Source of the DNA: Gemmatimonadota bacterium
GTDB taxonomy: Bacteria; Gemmatimonadota; Gemmatimonadetes; Gemmatimonadales; GWC2-71-9
Assembly: GCA_039586365.1 (NCBI GenBank)
Contig: JBDHKN010000073.1
Location: forward strand, 1 to 48,615
Reading direction: 5' to 3'
DNA: 48,615 nt
Positions 39,905 to 48,615 of this stretch are shown here, one piece after another (position 1 is the first letter of the stretch; each line of letters opens with the position of its first letter). Position numbers and translations under genes: made by a program. The notes under the pieces are model-generated. The model saw only the letters and a program-made list of their open reading frames with translations, made no database searches and was not told the DNA's origin.

Positions 39905-41095
39905 CTAAAACGTCCACCCCAGGTGGGTTTGGACGGTCAGGCCATCGGGTCCTACTGCCAAAGTCCAGCCTAGCACACCACTCCTACCTATCATCAGGAG
40001 CGGACCGAGCCCAGCTCCCACGTGCATGCCGTCTAGGGTGACCTCGAATTGATCCTCTCCAGGTTGAAACACTCGGCCAACGTCAAGGAAACCTACCAAA
40101 GTAGCCGAGAATACATGGCGCTCGCCCACAAACCGATAGCGTATGTCCAAGTTTCCGAATAGCTTGTCTTCCCCCAGAAAGCGGTCCGTCCGGAGAGCCC
40201 GGTGTGATGTGGGGCCACCTAATCCCTGGTAGGCTGTGCCACTTGCCTCCACCAGGTAGTAGGTTCCCGGGGGCGGCGATCCCCCCATTGCCTGAGCGAC
40301 TACACGCCCTGCCAACGTGAGCCGTTCAGTAGGAGTCACATACCCAGCTGCCGAGGCGGTGATCCGTTCGTAGCTAACGTCCCCTCCAACCATGGAGTCC
40401 GCCCTGCTGTAGATAGCTTCGATGAGGGTTCCCCTCGTGGCAGACACCTCGTCGTCACGGCTGTCGAAGACCAGACCAAGTCGGATGCTGGCTTCGTCCG
40501 TGGCTTGTCCGGGAGGTTCGGCACTGCCGGCAACGACCTGATCTCCATAGAGGGTCGGGCCTGGCAGAGTGTCGAGGCGCCAGCGCTCGACATGGAACCC
40601 CACCAGAGCCCGAAGATCGGAGACGAGGCTCTTCTGGATCGAGCCCCTTGCGAACAGACGGTGGCGATCCAGCCGGTAGAAGTGTGCTTGGAGATCGCTG
40701 ATGTTCTCCTTATCGAATTCCGTTTCGTTCCCGATTCCAAAATAGTTCTGGCGCGCTTGCCGCTCTGTCCAAAGCCTCATATCGAAGCGCCAGCCCGGCA
40801 CAAGGCTGGGGAATTTCGCTTCCAAACCGAGCCTCCGCGTTCCTGTTGATGTTATCAAGCCGTCCAGCGCGATATTAGCTCGGTATGGTTGGGGGGCGTC
40901 CCAGTCATCGTAGCCGAGCGGTCGGAACTGCGCGTAATACAGCCCGACCGCGACGCCATTCGTAGGAGTGTAGTAGAGTCGCGGGTATCCGTGGTCAAGC
41001 CAACTCGAGCCAAATGTCGGCAGATCGGGGATCTGCGCCGAACTCGCACCGGCCAGCGCTAGCAGAGCGAACGCTGTAGGTAGAGCAGATCTCAC
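39905..41095 (-). CDS. Omp85/BamA-TamA-like outer-membrane barrel without POTRA domains
   Basis: Signal peptide, FDSRD, GLGGPTSHRAL, FLDVGRV, C-terminal LGWTF. Confidence 0.75.
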   Translation of the reverse strand: MRSALPTAFALLALAGASSAQIPDLPTFGSSWLDHGYPRLYYTPTNGVAVGLYYAQFRPLGYDDWDAPQPYRANIALDGLITSTGTRRLGLEAKFPSLVPGWRFDMRLWTERQARQNYFGIGNETEFDKENISDLQAHFYRLDRHRLFARGSIQKSLVSDLRALVGFHVERWRLDTLPGPTLYGDQVVAGSAEPPGQATDEASIRLGLVFDSRDDEVSATRGTLIEAIYSRADSMVGGDVSYERITASAAGYVTPTERLTLAGRVVAQAMGGSPPPGTYYLVEASGTAYQGLGGPTSHRALRTDRFLGEDKLFGNLDIRYRFVGERHVFSATLVGFLDVGRVFQPGEDQFEVTLDGMHVGAGLGPLLMIGRSGVLGWTLAVGPDGLTVQTHLGWTF

Positions 41096-42101
41096 CCTTG
41101 TTGCTCGAACAGATACGCTCGGTCGAGGAGAGCCGCCGTCCTGCCATCGAATGCAGCATACTGGCCAGGGAACAGCGAAGCCGCCCCGAATTCTCCGTTC
41201 TTGTTCACGGCGTAGAAGTTGAGGTTGAATGTCGGCTGACCCTGCGGATCAAGCAGACGTCGTTCTGTACTCGCCACCACACGCCGGAGCGTCTCGAGGG
41301 CGGCATCTGTCGGCTTGAGGCCGCGGCGCATGAACTCGACGGTGAGAAACGCCCCACACACCCTGATGTTGGCTTCTCCTCGACCGGTAGATCCAGCTGC
41401 TCCTATGTCGTTGTCGGTATATTGTCCTGCGCCGATTAACGGTGAGTCGCCGACCCGGCCAGCGATCTTCCATGCGAGCCCGCTGGTCGTGGTCACCGAG
41501 GAGATGTCTCCGGCGGTGTTGACCACATTGCAGTTTATCGTCCCAGTGGGTCGCGGAATCATGTCTTCGCCTTCCGGCACGTTGATCCAATCATCGTCGG
41601 GCCCACGGTTCGCCCTCCAGCGAAGCCAAACCTGGCGCGACCTCTCGGTCATGAGGTCTTCTTCCTTGAAGCCAAAGGAGAGCGCAAACTGCTTGGCTCC
41701 TTCACCCACCAAGAACATATGATCGGTGTACAGCAGTACATATTTCGCGACTACACTGGGCGTCTTGATTCCCTCCAGAGCCCCGACAGCTCCGGCTCTT
41801 CCACCACACCGTTCTCGTTGGGCAGACCGCCGTATCCGACCGAAGTGTCCTCGGGATCCAGTTCCTGTATCTTCACCCCCTCGATGGCAGCGTCCAGAGT
41901 ATCCACTCCTTGGGCCATCAGCTGACCCGCTCGCTCGACGGCGCGGAGCCCGTTAGCGGATGCAACGGCGATATTGTTGGGGGCGCGCGTGTGGATCGCT
42001 GGCCTGGGCTCTGGTTTGGGGAGCCCTGTACTGAACGCGGCGCCAGCGGCGAGGCCGGATGCGGTCCCCAGGAAGTCGCGGCGCGAGAGAGAGTTTGTCA
42101 C
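41092..42101 (-). pseudogene. Tat-exported Ntn-hydrolase (glycosylasparaginase/isoaspartyl peptidase family), frameshifted
   Basis: Frame 1: SRRDFL...SVGYGGLPNENGVVE. Frame 2: RAGAVGALEGIKTP...HMFLVGEGA...GTIN, TTSG, GRVGDSP, TGRGE. The frame switches at about 41799. Confidence 0.85.
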
Positions 42102-42229
42102 TGTTGAAACCTCCGTTTGACGGTCACGAAGCGCAGCGCACCGCGAATTAACTTAAAAGTGCCTCCGAATGTCAACTTGATTCGCCCACATTCGGGACGT
42201 TACGTTCTCGCCTTGAGGGCCGTGCCAAA

Positions 42230-42946
42230 ATGATACCGGTCTCACTAGTAATGCCCGTTTACAATGAGCGTGACAACCTGGCACCACTCCTTGGAGAGGT
42301 CGAGGCGACGCTCGCAGGAATGGAGTATGAGATCATCGCGGTCGACGACGGCTCGACCGATGGCTCACTGAGGGAACTACAGCGCCTCCAGGCCTCCCAT
42401 CAATTTCTCCGTGTGTTGGAGCTTTCACCGCATGCTGGTCAGAGCGCAGCATTTGCTGCTGGGATCGAGTGCGCGAGAGGGAACATCGTGGTGACAATGG
42501 ATGCAGACGGCCAGAACGACCCGGCGGACGTGGCGGCACTACTAGACGTCCTCGAAGAAAACCCTGGACTGTCAGCTGTGGTTGGATACAGAATCATCAG
42601 ATCGGACTCGAGGTGGAAGTCTCTGCAAAGTCGCGTGGCAAACTCGATTCGCAATTGGCTAACGGGTGATCAGATACGCGATGTGGGTTGCTCGCTCAAA
42701 GCGATGAGGCGCGCCAGCCTGCTCAGACTGCCCAGGTTCGACGGTATGCACCGGTTCTATCCGACCTTGATCCGCCTTGCCGGAGGGCTCGTTGCTGAAG
42801 CTCCGGTTTCCCACCGTCCACGTATAAGTGGAAAGAGCAAGTACGGAATGTGGAATCGTGCTAGGCGAGCGTTGGGTGATGCCATCGGTGTAAGGTGGTT
42901 GGGTCGCCGAGTTCTGCAATACACAATTAGAGAGGAAGCGAAGTAG
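42230..42946 (+). CDS. GT2 polyprenol-phosphate glycosyltransferase (DPM/ArnC-like)
   Basis: PVYNE, VDDGSTDGS, MDADGQNDP, HRPRISGKSKY. Confidence 0.92.
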   Translation: MIPVSLVMPVYNERDNLAPLLGEVEATLAGMEYEIIAVDDGSTDGSLRELQRLQASHQFLRVLELSPHAGQSAAFAAGIECARGNIVVTMDADGQNDPADVAALLDVLEENPGLSAVVGYRIIRSDSRWKSLQSRVANSIRNWLTGDQIRDVGCSLKAMRRASLLRLPRFDGMHRFYPTLIRLAGGLVAEAPVSHRPRISGKSKYGMWNRARRALGDAIGVRWLGRRVLQYTIREEAK

Positions 42947-42947
42947 T

Positions 42948-44012
42948 ATGCCTCGTCGTGAGCGACTAGATCCGTCAATCTTCCATCTGCCGGTCGAGAA
43001 GATGCGGGCTGGGTATTACAGTGATAAGTATTTCGCCCGAACTCGTGAGGTCTTGGTGGCCGACGACCATCACCCCGTGGTACTTATGCAGGTCTTCTGC
43101 AAGGCACACGCGTATTTGGGTGGTATGGATGAGGCCGTCGCGATCCTCCGGATGTGTTCTTATCAGTGGCGGGATCTCACATTACACGCGCTGTACGACG
43201 GTGACGAGATCGCCCCTTACGAAACGGTTATGACGATAGAGGGGCCGTACGACGCTTTCGCACATCTTGAGACTCTGTATTTGGGCGTTCTGGCTCGACG
43301 CACCAGAGTGGGAACAAACACGCGTCGCGTTGTCGAAGCCGCGAAACCGAAGGAGGTGATGTTTTTTCCTGCGCGGCACGATCACTGGCTGGTTCAGACC
43401 GGTGATGGCTACGCAGCTCACGTTGCGGGCGCGATTGGGGTGTCAACCGACGCACAGGCTTCCTGGTGGGGGAGTGAGGGAGTCGGTACGGTTCCGCATG
43501 CACTTATTGCAGCCTATGGGGGTGATACGGCGTGTGCCGCCAAGAAGTTCGCCCAATACATGCCATCTCACGTCAAGCTCATCAGTCTCGTCGACTTTGA
43601 GAATGACAGCGTCAAGACATCTCTGGAAGTGGCGCGCGCACTCGGTCAGCAGCTCTATGGCGTCCGTCTAGACACATCCGCCACCTTGGTTGACAGATCC
43701 GTGATTCCGCAGATGGGTACCTTCAACCCCACGGGAGTGAATCAGCGACTTGTTTGGAATGTCAGAGAGGCCCTGGACAGGGAGGGATTCCAACATGTGA
43801 AGATCGTTGTCTCCGGGGGCTTCACCGTGGAAAAGATCAGAGAGTTTGAAAGACTTGGTGTACCGGTTGACGCTTATGGAGTCGGGTCGTCACTGTTTCA
43901 TGGACAGGGAGAGTTCGATTTCACAGGGGATGTCGTGCTGGTTGATGGAACACCATGTGCCAAGGTCGGTCGCAGCTACATCCCCAGTGACCGGATGGAG
44001 TTGGTCCGGTAA
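42948..44012 (+). CDS. pncB: Nicotinate phosphoribosyltransferase (short QAPRTase-like type)
   Basis: SDKYF, GTVPHAL, LVDF, GVRLDT, VSGG, YGVG; adjacent to a nicotinamidase. Confidence 0.8.
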   Translation: MPRRERLDPSIFHLPVEKMRAGYYSDKYFARTREVLVADDHHPVVLMQVFCKAHAYLGGMDEAVAILRMCSYQWRDLTLHALYDGDEIAPYETVMTIEGPYDAFAHLETLYLGVLARRTRVGTNTRRVVEAAKPKEVMFFPARHDHWLVQTGDGYAAHVAGAIGVSTDAQASWWGSEGVGTVPHALIAAYGGDTACAAKKFAQYMPSHVKLISLVDFENDSVKTSLEVARALGQQLYGVRLDTSATLVDRSVIPQMGTFNPTGVNQRLVWNVREALDREGFQHVKIVVSGGFTVEKIREFERLGVPVDAYGVGSSLFHGQGEFDFTGDVVLVDGTPCAKVGRSYIPSDRMELVR

Positions 44013-44053
44013 CTTGTGAGTATTCTGTAGCCTTCTGCTGGAGTGACAAGAAC

Positions 44054-44719
44054 ATGCCTGGCGTGATCTTCTGGGATGTCGACACACAGTACGACTTCAT
44101 GCACGCAGATGGCAAGCTATATGTTCCTGGGGCCGAGCAATTGATTCCCAATCTTGGCGCGCTCAACCAACATGCGCATCAAGTCGGCATCCGCATCGTA
44201 GCGAGTGCTGACGATCACGTTGCGGAACATGCTGAGATATCTGATGAGCCCGACTATGTAGAGACGTTCCCACCGCATTGCATACGCGGATCCAGAGGGC
44301 AGCAGAAGATCCCCGAAACGACGTTGCGAAATCCGTTACTCATAGAGCCAACCCGTGAGGATCCGGCAGCGCTCAAGAACCGAGTGCGGGAACATGACGG
44401 CGATTTGCTGTTTCACAAACACCGTTTCGACGTCTTTTCCAATCCTAACGTCCAGCCCGTACTTGAAGAACTGGATCCTCATGTCGTAGTGGTATATGGT
44501 GTTGCCCTCGACGTGTGTAATCGATATGCAATTGAGGGACTCCTGGCTCGTTGTCCATCGACGATGATGCACTTGGTTACCGATGCGACGAAGCCCATTC
44601 AGGTGAACCATGCGGACAGACTGTTGACAGAGTGGCAGAGCAGGGGTGTAGGGCTCATAAGCACCGCTGAAGCGCTGGGAATGAACCCCAATAGTACGAA
44701 GGGACCGAAACGCAGGTGA
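44054..44719 (+). CDS. pncA: Nicotinamidase / isochorismatase-family cysteine hydrolase
   Basis: DVDTQYDF, DDH, FPPHC, K in LFHK, GVALDVC. Confidence 0.85.
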   Translation: MPGVIFWDVDTQYDFMHADGKLYVPGAEQLIPNLGALNQHAHQVGIRIVASADDHVAEHAEISDEPDYVETFPPHCIRGSRGQQKIPETTLRNPLLIEPTREDPAALKNRVREHDGDLLFHKHRFDVFSNPNVQPVLEELDPHVVVVYGVALDVCNRYAIEGLLARCPSTMMHLVTDATKPIQVNHADRLLTEWQSRGVGLISTAEALGMNPNSTKGPKRR

Positions 44720-45807
44720 CGGCCACCGACCGAGGACGTTTCTTTCTTCCAGGACCTACCGAAGTGCACCCCGAAGTGCTCGCGGCTATGACGCGGCCCA
44801 TGATACCGCATCGCGGGCGGGAAATGGTCGATCTCCTCAGGCAGACGGATCAGGAGCTGCGCCAGATCTTCCGCACTGAAGGGCCGGTGCTCACCGGAAC
44901 CTGCACAGCCACGGGTTTCATGGAGATGGCTGTGCGATCCGGTGTACGGCGCCGTGCGCTCTGCCTGGTCAACGGTGCATACAGCGAGCGTTTCGCCGGG
45001 ATCGTGGCCGCCACCGGCAGAGAAGCGATCAGGCTCAATGTTCCGCGTGGCAGGACTGTTGAGCCGGACATGTTGGAGGACGCGCTGCGCCGCTCGGATG
45101 TTGACGCGGTGACATTGGTTCACTCCGAGACCTCCACGGGAGCCCTAGCACCGCTGCAGGATCTGGCGAAGGTTGTGCAGCAGTATGACGGTGTAATGTT
45201 GTTGGTGGACGGCGTTTCGTCGGTGGCTGGCTCTCCCGTAGAGACCGATGCTTGGTCGCTTGACTTTGTGTTCACCGGGTCCCAGGAGGCCCTTGGCTTG
45301 CCCCCGGGATTGGCATTCGGAGTGGCCTCGGAGCGCATGGCTGAGCGGGCCAAGAAGATCCCCGAGCGAGGAGCATACCTGGACCTCGTGGCCTTCATTG
45401 AGGCCGCCGCTGACCACCAGCCAACCAATACTCCTGCCATCCCGTTGCTCCATGCCTTGCGATTTCAGCTGGAGCGTATCGCAGCCGGGGGGGGAGTTGA
45501 GGCCCGGTGGAACCGCCATGAGGCCATGCTACGAACGGTTGAGGCCTGGGTCGACGGGCGCGGCGGAGAACTGGGATTCAGCTATCTGCCCTACGAAGGG
45601 CGCCGATCGTGGACCGTATCATGTCTCAGAGTACCTGACGGCCGCAGTGGACGTGAGTGCGTGAAAGGTCTGTTGGAGTGCGGCTGGGTGGTGGGGTCCG
45701 GGTATGGCGAGCTTAAGGATGAGACGCTCCGCATAGGCCACATGGCCGAGCACTCAGTAGCAGATGTTGCCAAGCTGCTTGAGGCGGTGGAGGGGCTCCA
45801 AACGTGA
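44716..45807 (+). CDS. Class V (AGT/SGAT-like) aminotransferase homolog lacking the catalytic Lys
   Basis: PGPT, HR, VHSETSTG, VDGVSS, GSQEALGLPPG, TP, RIGHM. Confidence 0.88.
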   Translation: MTATDRGRFFLPGPTEVHPEVLAAMTRPMIPHRGREMVDLLRQTDQELRQIFRTEGPVLTGTCTATGFMEMAVRSGVRRRALCLVNGAYSERFAGIVAATGREAIRLNVPRGRTVEPDMLEDALRRSDVDAVTLVHSETSTGALAPLQDLAKVVQQYDGVMLLVDGVSSVAGSPVETDAWSLDFVFTGSQEALGLPPGLAFGVASERMAERAKKIPERGAYLDLVAFIEAAADHQPTNTPAIPLLHALRFQLERIAAGGGVEARWNRHEAMLRTVEAWVDGRGGELGFSYLPYEGRRSWTVSCLRVPDGRSGRECVKGLLECGWVVGSGYGELKDETLRIGHMAEHSVADVAKLLEAVEGLQT

Positions 45808-45820
45808 GTTCCGTCCGAGC

Positions 45821-47935
45821 TCAGCGGTCGTCTAGGCCAGGGGAACTCGAGTCCTTCGACCTACTGAGCCGAAATGAGCTGACTGCAGTAGTCAGATGCT
45901 GCGACGCGTCAGCTAGTTGTGATGCTGAGGCTGCGATCTCCTGAGTGGAAGCGCTCTGCTGTTCAGCGGAAGCCGCGATCTCCTCCGCCGCTGCCACTAC
46001 CGAATCGGTGCCTTCGGCTGTGGTCTGTAGCCGTCGTGTGATCTCTGCCACTAACTGCTTCACATCTGTTGCTGCCCGTGAAATCTCGTCACTCCATGCG
46101 CTAGACTCAGCAGTAGCACCCGCCACTTCCTCGAGTGCTCTTGCAGCTGACTCGGCTGTCTGCCTGACTGCGGTACTGGCTCCTGCTAGCCGAGTAAGTC
46201 GGTCTTGAGTCTCTTGCACGCTTGTTAGCACGCTCCGCACTACTTCAGCAGTGGTGGTAGCTGACCGCGTAGCCTGATTGGCGAGTTTGCGGACTTCATC
46301 GGCCACGACCGAAAAACCACGTCCTTCACCGCCTCCCGCTCGGGCAGCCTCTATCGCCGCGTTGAGTGCCAGCATGTTGGTCTGACCTGCGATGCCCTTT
46401 GCTTGGGCGACGAACTGCTGGATCTCCTCCGACAGACTCGCTAGCCGTTGAGCATCTGCAACCCCCTGCTCCAGATCGCTCGCTAACTCGGCCAGTTGAT
46501 TGCTACCCTCAATCAACCGATCGCGGTGTTCGCCAGCCGTGTGAACCAACGCCGTACTTCGCTCCGCAGCTACAGTCGCGCCCTCGGCAAGCGTCGTGGT
46601 GATGCCTAGAATTCGATTCGCGTCGTCCACCGACTGTCGGGTGAGCTCCGCCTGCTCGGTAGCCTGGCTGGTCAGGTCTTGACACGTGTCGGCCATCTGC
46701 TGGGTGGAAGCAGACATCTGTTCCGTCGCAGCTGAAATCTCCTCTGCCATTGCAGCCGAATCCTGGGCCGCAGACCTAATCTCTCCTACGAGTTTGCGAA
46801 GTGCTCCCACCATGGTTCCGAAGGCTCGGAGAAGTCGGTTCACTTCTTCAGCTCCGCGATTTCCAGGCGAAACGGATGCCGACAAATCCCCGCCAGCCAC
46901 CCGGCTTGCCAAGGAACCCGCGAGACGGATCGGTTGAGCGACTCGTCGGTGGAGCCATTCGGTGAGCCAAACGATGAGGAAAAAAGCAAATATCAAGGCC
47001 AATCCAGCCGCGAAGTACACGGTTTCCTGCATCGACCTCGCGGCGTTGAAGGCGGCCTCGTGTCGTTGGCGTACGACCACCCACCAGAGGCCACCGTTAG
47101 TGGGTCCCGAAGCAGCGAGGACGCTCCGTAATCCTGGAAGGGAGGTGACGTTCACTTCGGCGGTGAGTGGGATTGACTGTACATCAGGATTCCGCCGGAA
47201 TAGGCGGGTCGTGTCAGGTGAGAGAATGAGACGTCCCGTCGAGTCAGCTATCTCTACGGTCGATGCAACTTCCTGCTCGCCGGCGGCAAGGATCTGGGAT
47301 AGTCGAGACAAACCGAGGACGACTCTCACCGCGCCCAGAAACTCGCCCCCTTCAGGATCGAAGATGCCCGTGGCGAGTTCTAGCTCAACGCTGCCAGCCT
47401 CGCTGTTGTACGTTGGCGTACCCTGGAACCAGCCTGCGTCGGAGACCACGGTCCACCACGCCTTGTCTGCCTGGACGAAGTCCTCAACTGGATCCGTGGA
47501 CACCACGGTAAGACCGTTCACCTCCACTATGGAGATGCTGGTGAATTCTGATGACTCACGGGTTTGGAGGAGGAAACGCGCCGCGTCGGTCTGCGGCAGG
47601 AACCCCCTGGAGCCGTCGAACTGCTCTTCCAGTGTCGCCGGTGGCAGTTGGGTCAATCCTCGCCGAGCGACTTCACTCCTCCCTGCCAGTGCAGCGTCGA
47701 TGATGGTGGGGGTGCGAACGATCCAGCGTACATCTGCTTCGCGCTCGCTAAGGTACTGTTCGACCAACTCAGCCGCACGTCTGGCCGCGGCCCGAACCTG
47801 CCTTTGCGCAGATCGCTCAAACTCTCTGGTTGTGCCCCAACTTCCCAGGAAGGCACCCAAGGCGATTACCCCGATAGCCGTCGGGGTGCCGACGAGAAGT
47901 ATCCGTTTGCGAAGGTCAGTGGTTCTGATGGGCAT
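45821..47935 (-). CDS. Methyl-accepting chemotaxis protein (TM-Cache-like-TM-HAMP-MA)
   Basis: Two TM helices, HAMP domain, [35 protein letters not shown]. Confidence 0.95.
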   Translation of the reverse strand: MPIRTTDLRKRILLVGTPTAIGVIALGAFLGSWGTTREFERSAQRQVRAAARRAAELVEQYLSEREADVRWIVRTPTIIDAALAGRSEVARRGLTQLPPATLEEQFDGSRGFLPQTDAARFLLQTRESSEFTSISIVEVNGLTVVSTDPVEDFVQADKAWWTVVSDAGWFQGTPTYNSEAGSVELELATGIFDPEGGEFLGAVRVVLGLSRLSQILAAGEQEVASTVEIADSTGRLILSPDTTRLFRRNPDVQSIPLTAEVNVTSLPGLRSVLAASGPTNGGLWWVVVRQRHEAAFNAARSMQETVYFAAGLALIFAFFLIVWLTEWLHRRVAQPIRLAGSLASRVAGGDLSASVSPGNRGAEEVNRLLRAFGTMVGALRKLVGEIRSAAQDSAAMAEEISAATEQMSASTQQMADTCQDLTSQATEQAELTRQSVDDANRILGITTTLAEGATVAAERSTALVHTAGEHRDRLIEGSNQLAELASDLEQGVADAQRLASLSEEIQQFVAQAKGIAGQTNMLALNAAIEAARAGGGEGRGFSVVADEVRKLANQATRSATTTAEVVRSVLTSVQETQDRLTRLAGASTAVRQTAESAARALEEVAGATAESSAWSDEISRAATDVKQLVAEITRRLQTTAEGTDSVVAAAEEIAASAEQQSASTQEIAASASQLADASQHLTTAVSSFRLSRSKDSSSPGLDDR

Positions 47936-47997
47936 TTGGCAAGGCAAAGCTATGGAAGCCTTCCTGGGCGGGCAAGCGCTGCTAAATTATTGCTGTT

Positions 47998-48615
47998 ATG
48001 TCTATGTCAAATACTGGGTCGGACGCGTACGATCACCGGACGATCGAGGAGAAGTGGCGCCATCGCTGGGAGGAACGGCACACAAACTCGGTTGACATCC
48101 ATACTGCGGACCGTCCGTACTACAATCTCATGATGTTTCCATATCCGTCGGCTGAGGGACTACATGTCGGCAATCTGTTCGCGTTCATCGGGGTTGACAT
48201 TCACGGTCGCTTCAGACGGCTCCAGGGTTGGGATGTCTTCGAGCCAATCGGCTTTGATGCCTTCGGGATCCACTCCGAGAACTACGCGCTAACGGTCAAC
48301 AATCATCCTGCCCATCTCATCCCAGCCAACATAGCGCGGTTTACGGAACAGCTTAAGCGCACTGGTCTCATGCTGGACTGGGATCATGAGGTAAGAACAA
48401 CGGATCCTGCCTACTACAAGTGGACGCAGTGGATCTTCCTGCAACTCTTCAAGGGTGGCCACGCAGTGAAGAAACAGGCACCTGTGAATTGGTGCCCCGA
48501 GTGCAAGACTGTACTCGCAAACGAACAAGTGGAAGACGGCTATTGTGAGCGACACCCGGGTGTGCGGGTGCACCAGCGGTTCTTGGCCCAGTGGTTCTTC
48601 ACCATCACCAAGTAC
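47998..48615 (+). CDS. leuS: Leucine--tRNA ligase, 5' part
   Basis: Not in the ORF track. Manual translation gives IEEKW, MFPYPSAEGLHVGN, GFDAFG, TTDPAYYKWTQWIF, VNWCPECKTVLANEQV, QWFF. Start is ATG 47998 or 48004. Confidence 0.95.
   Translation, partial: MSMSNTGSDAYDHRTIEEKWRHRWEERHTNSVDIHTADRPYYNLMMFPYPSAEGLHVGNLFAFIGVDIHGRFRRLQGWDVFEPIGFDAFGIHSENYALTVNNHPAHLIPANIARFTEQLKRTGLMLDWDHEVRTTDPAYYKWTQWIFLQLFKGGHAVKKQAPVNWCPECKTVLANEQVEDGYCERHPGVRVHQRFLAQWFFTITKY

Noticed and set aside
46962..48095. 377-aa plus-strand ORF
   Set aside because: Antisense to the MCP and out of frame with leuS; Ser/Arg-rich shadow typical of high-GC DNA.

Overview
A GC-rich, gene-dense bacterial chromosomal segment with about 36 CDSs. 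Gene content and protein style suggest Gemmatimonadota, but that is inference. I found no rRNA, tRNA, CRISPR array, IS or prophage. In order: partial PAS-histidine kinase; EF-G2-type fusA; a minus-strand run (folA, thyA, squalene synthase-like, geranylgeranyl-reductase-like, two hypotheticals, SPFH protein, thiolase, double zinc ribbon, dCMP deaminase, RNase HI, amidohydrolase, histone H1-like protein); an Ig-repeat/TolB-like protein and an MDR oxidoreductase; an MFP-TolC-RND-RND efflux operon; an internally deleted YVTN gene; gyrA-dehydratase-diguanylate cyclase-Ser/Thr kinase; an orphan E1-alpha; NSS transporter; TetR; thioredoxin-like protein; Omp85 barrel; a frameshifted Ntn asparaginase; GT2-pncB-pncA-class V aminotransferase; an MCP; and the 5' part of leuS. 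The most interesting signals are an RNase HI with an apparently relocated catalytic Glu, a coupled reductase plus squalene synthase pair (possible hydrosqualene pathway), a putative attenuator in the gyrA leader, a folA that appears to start at ATA, an aminotransferase lacking its PLP lysine, and two deletion-type pseudogenes. All calls rest on motif recognition by eye; no searches were run.
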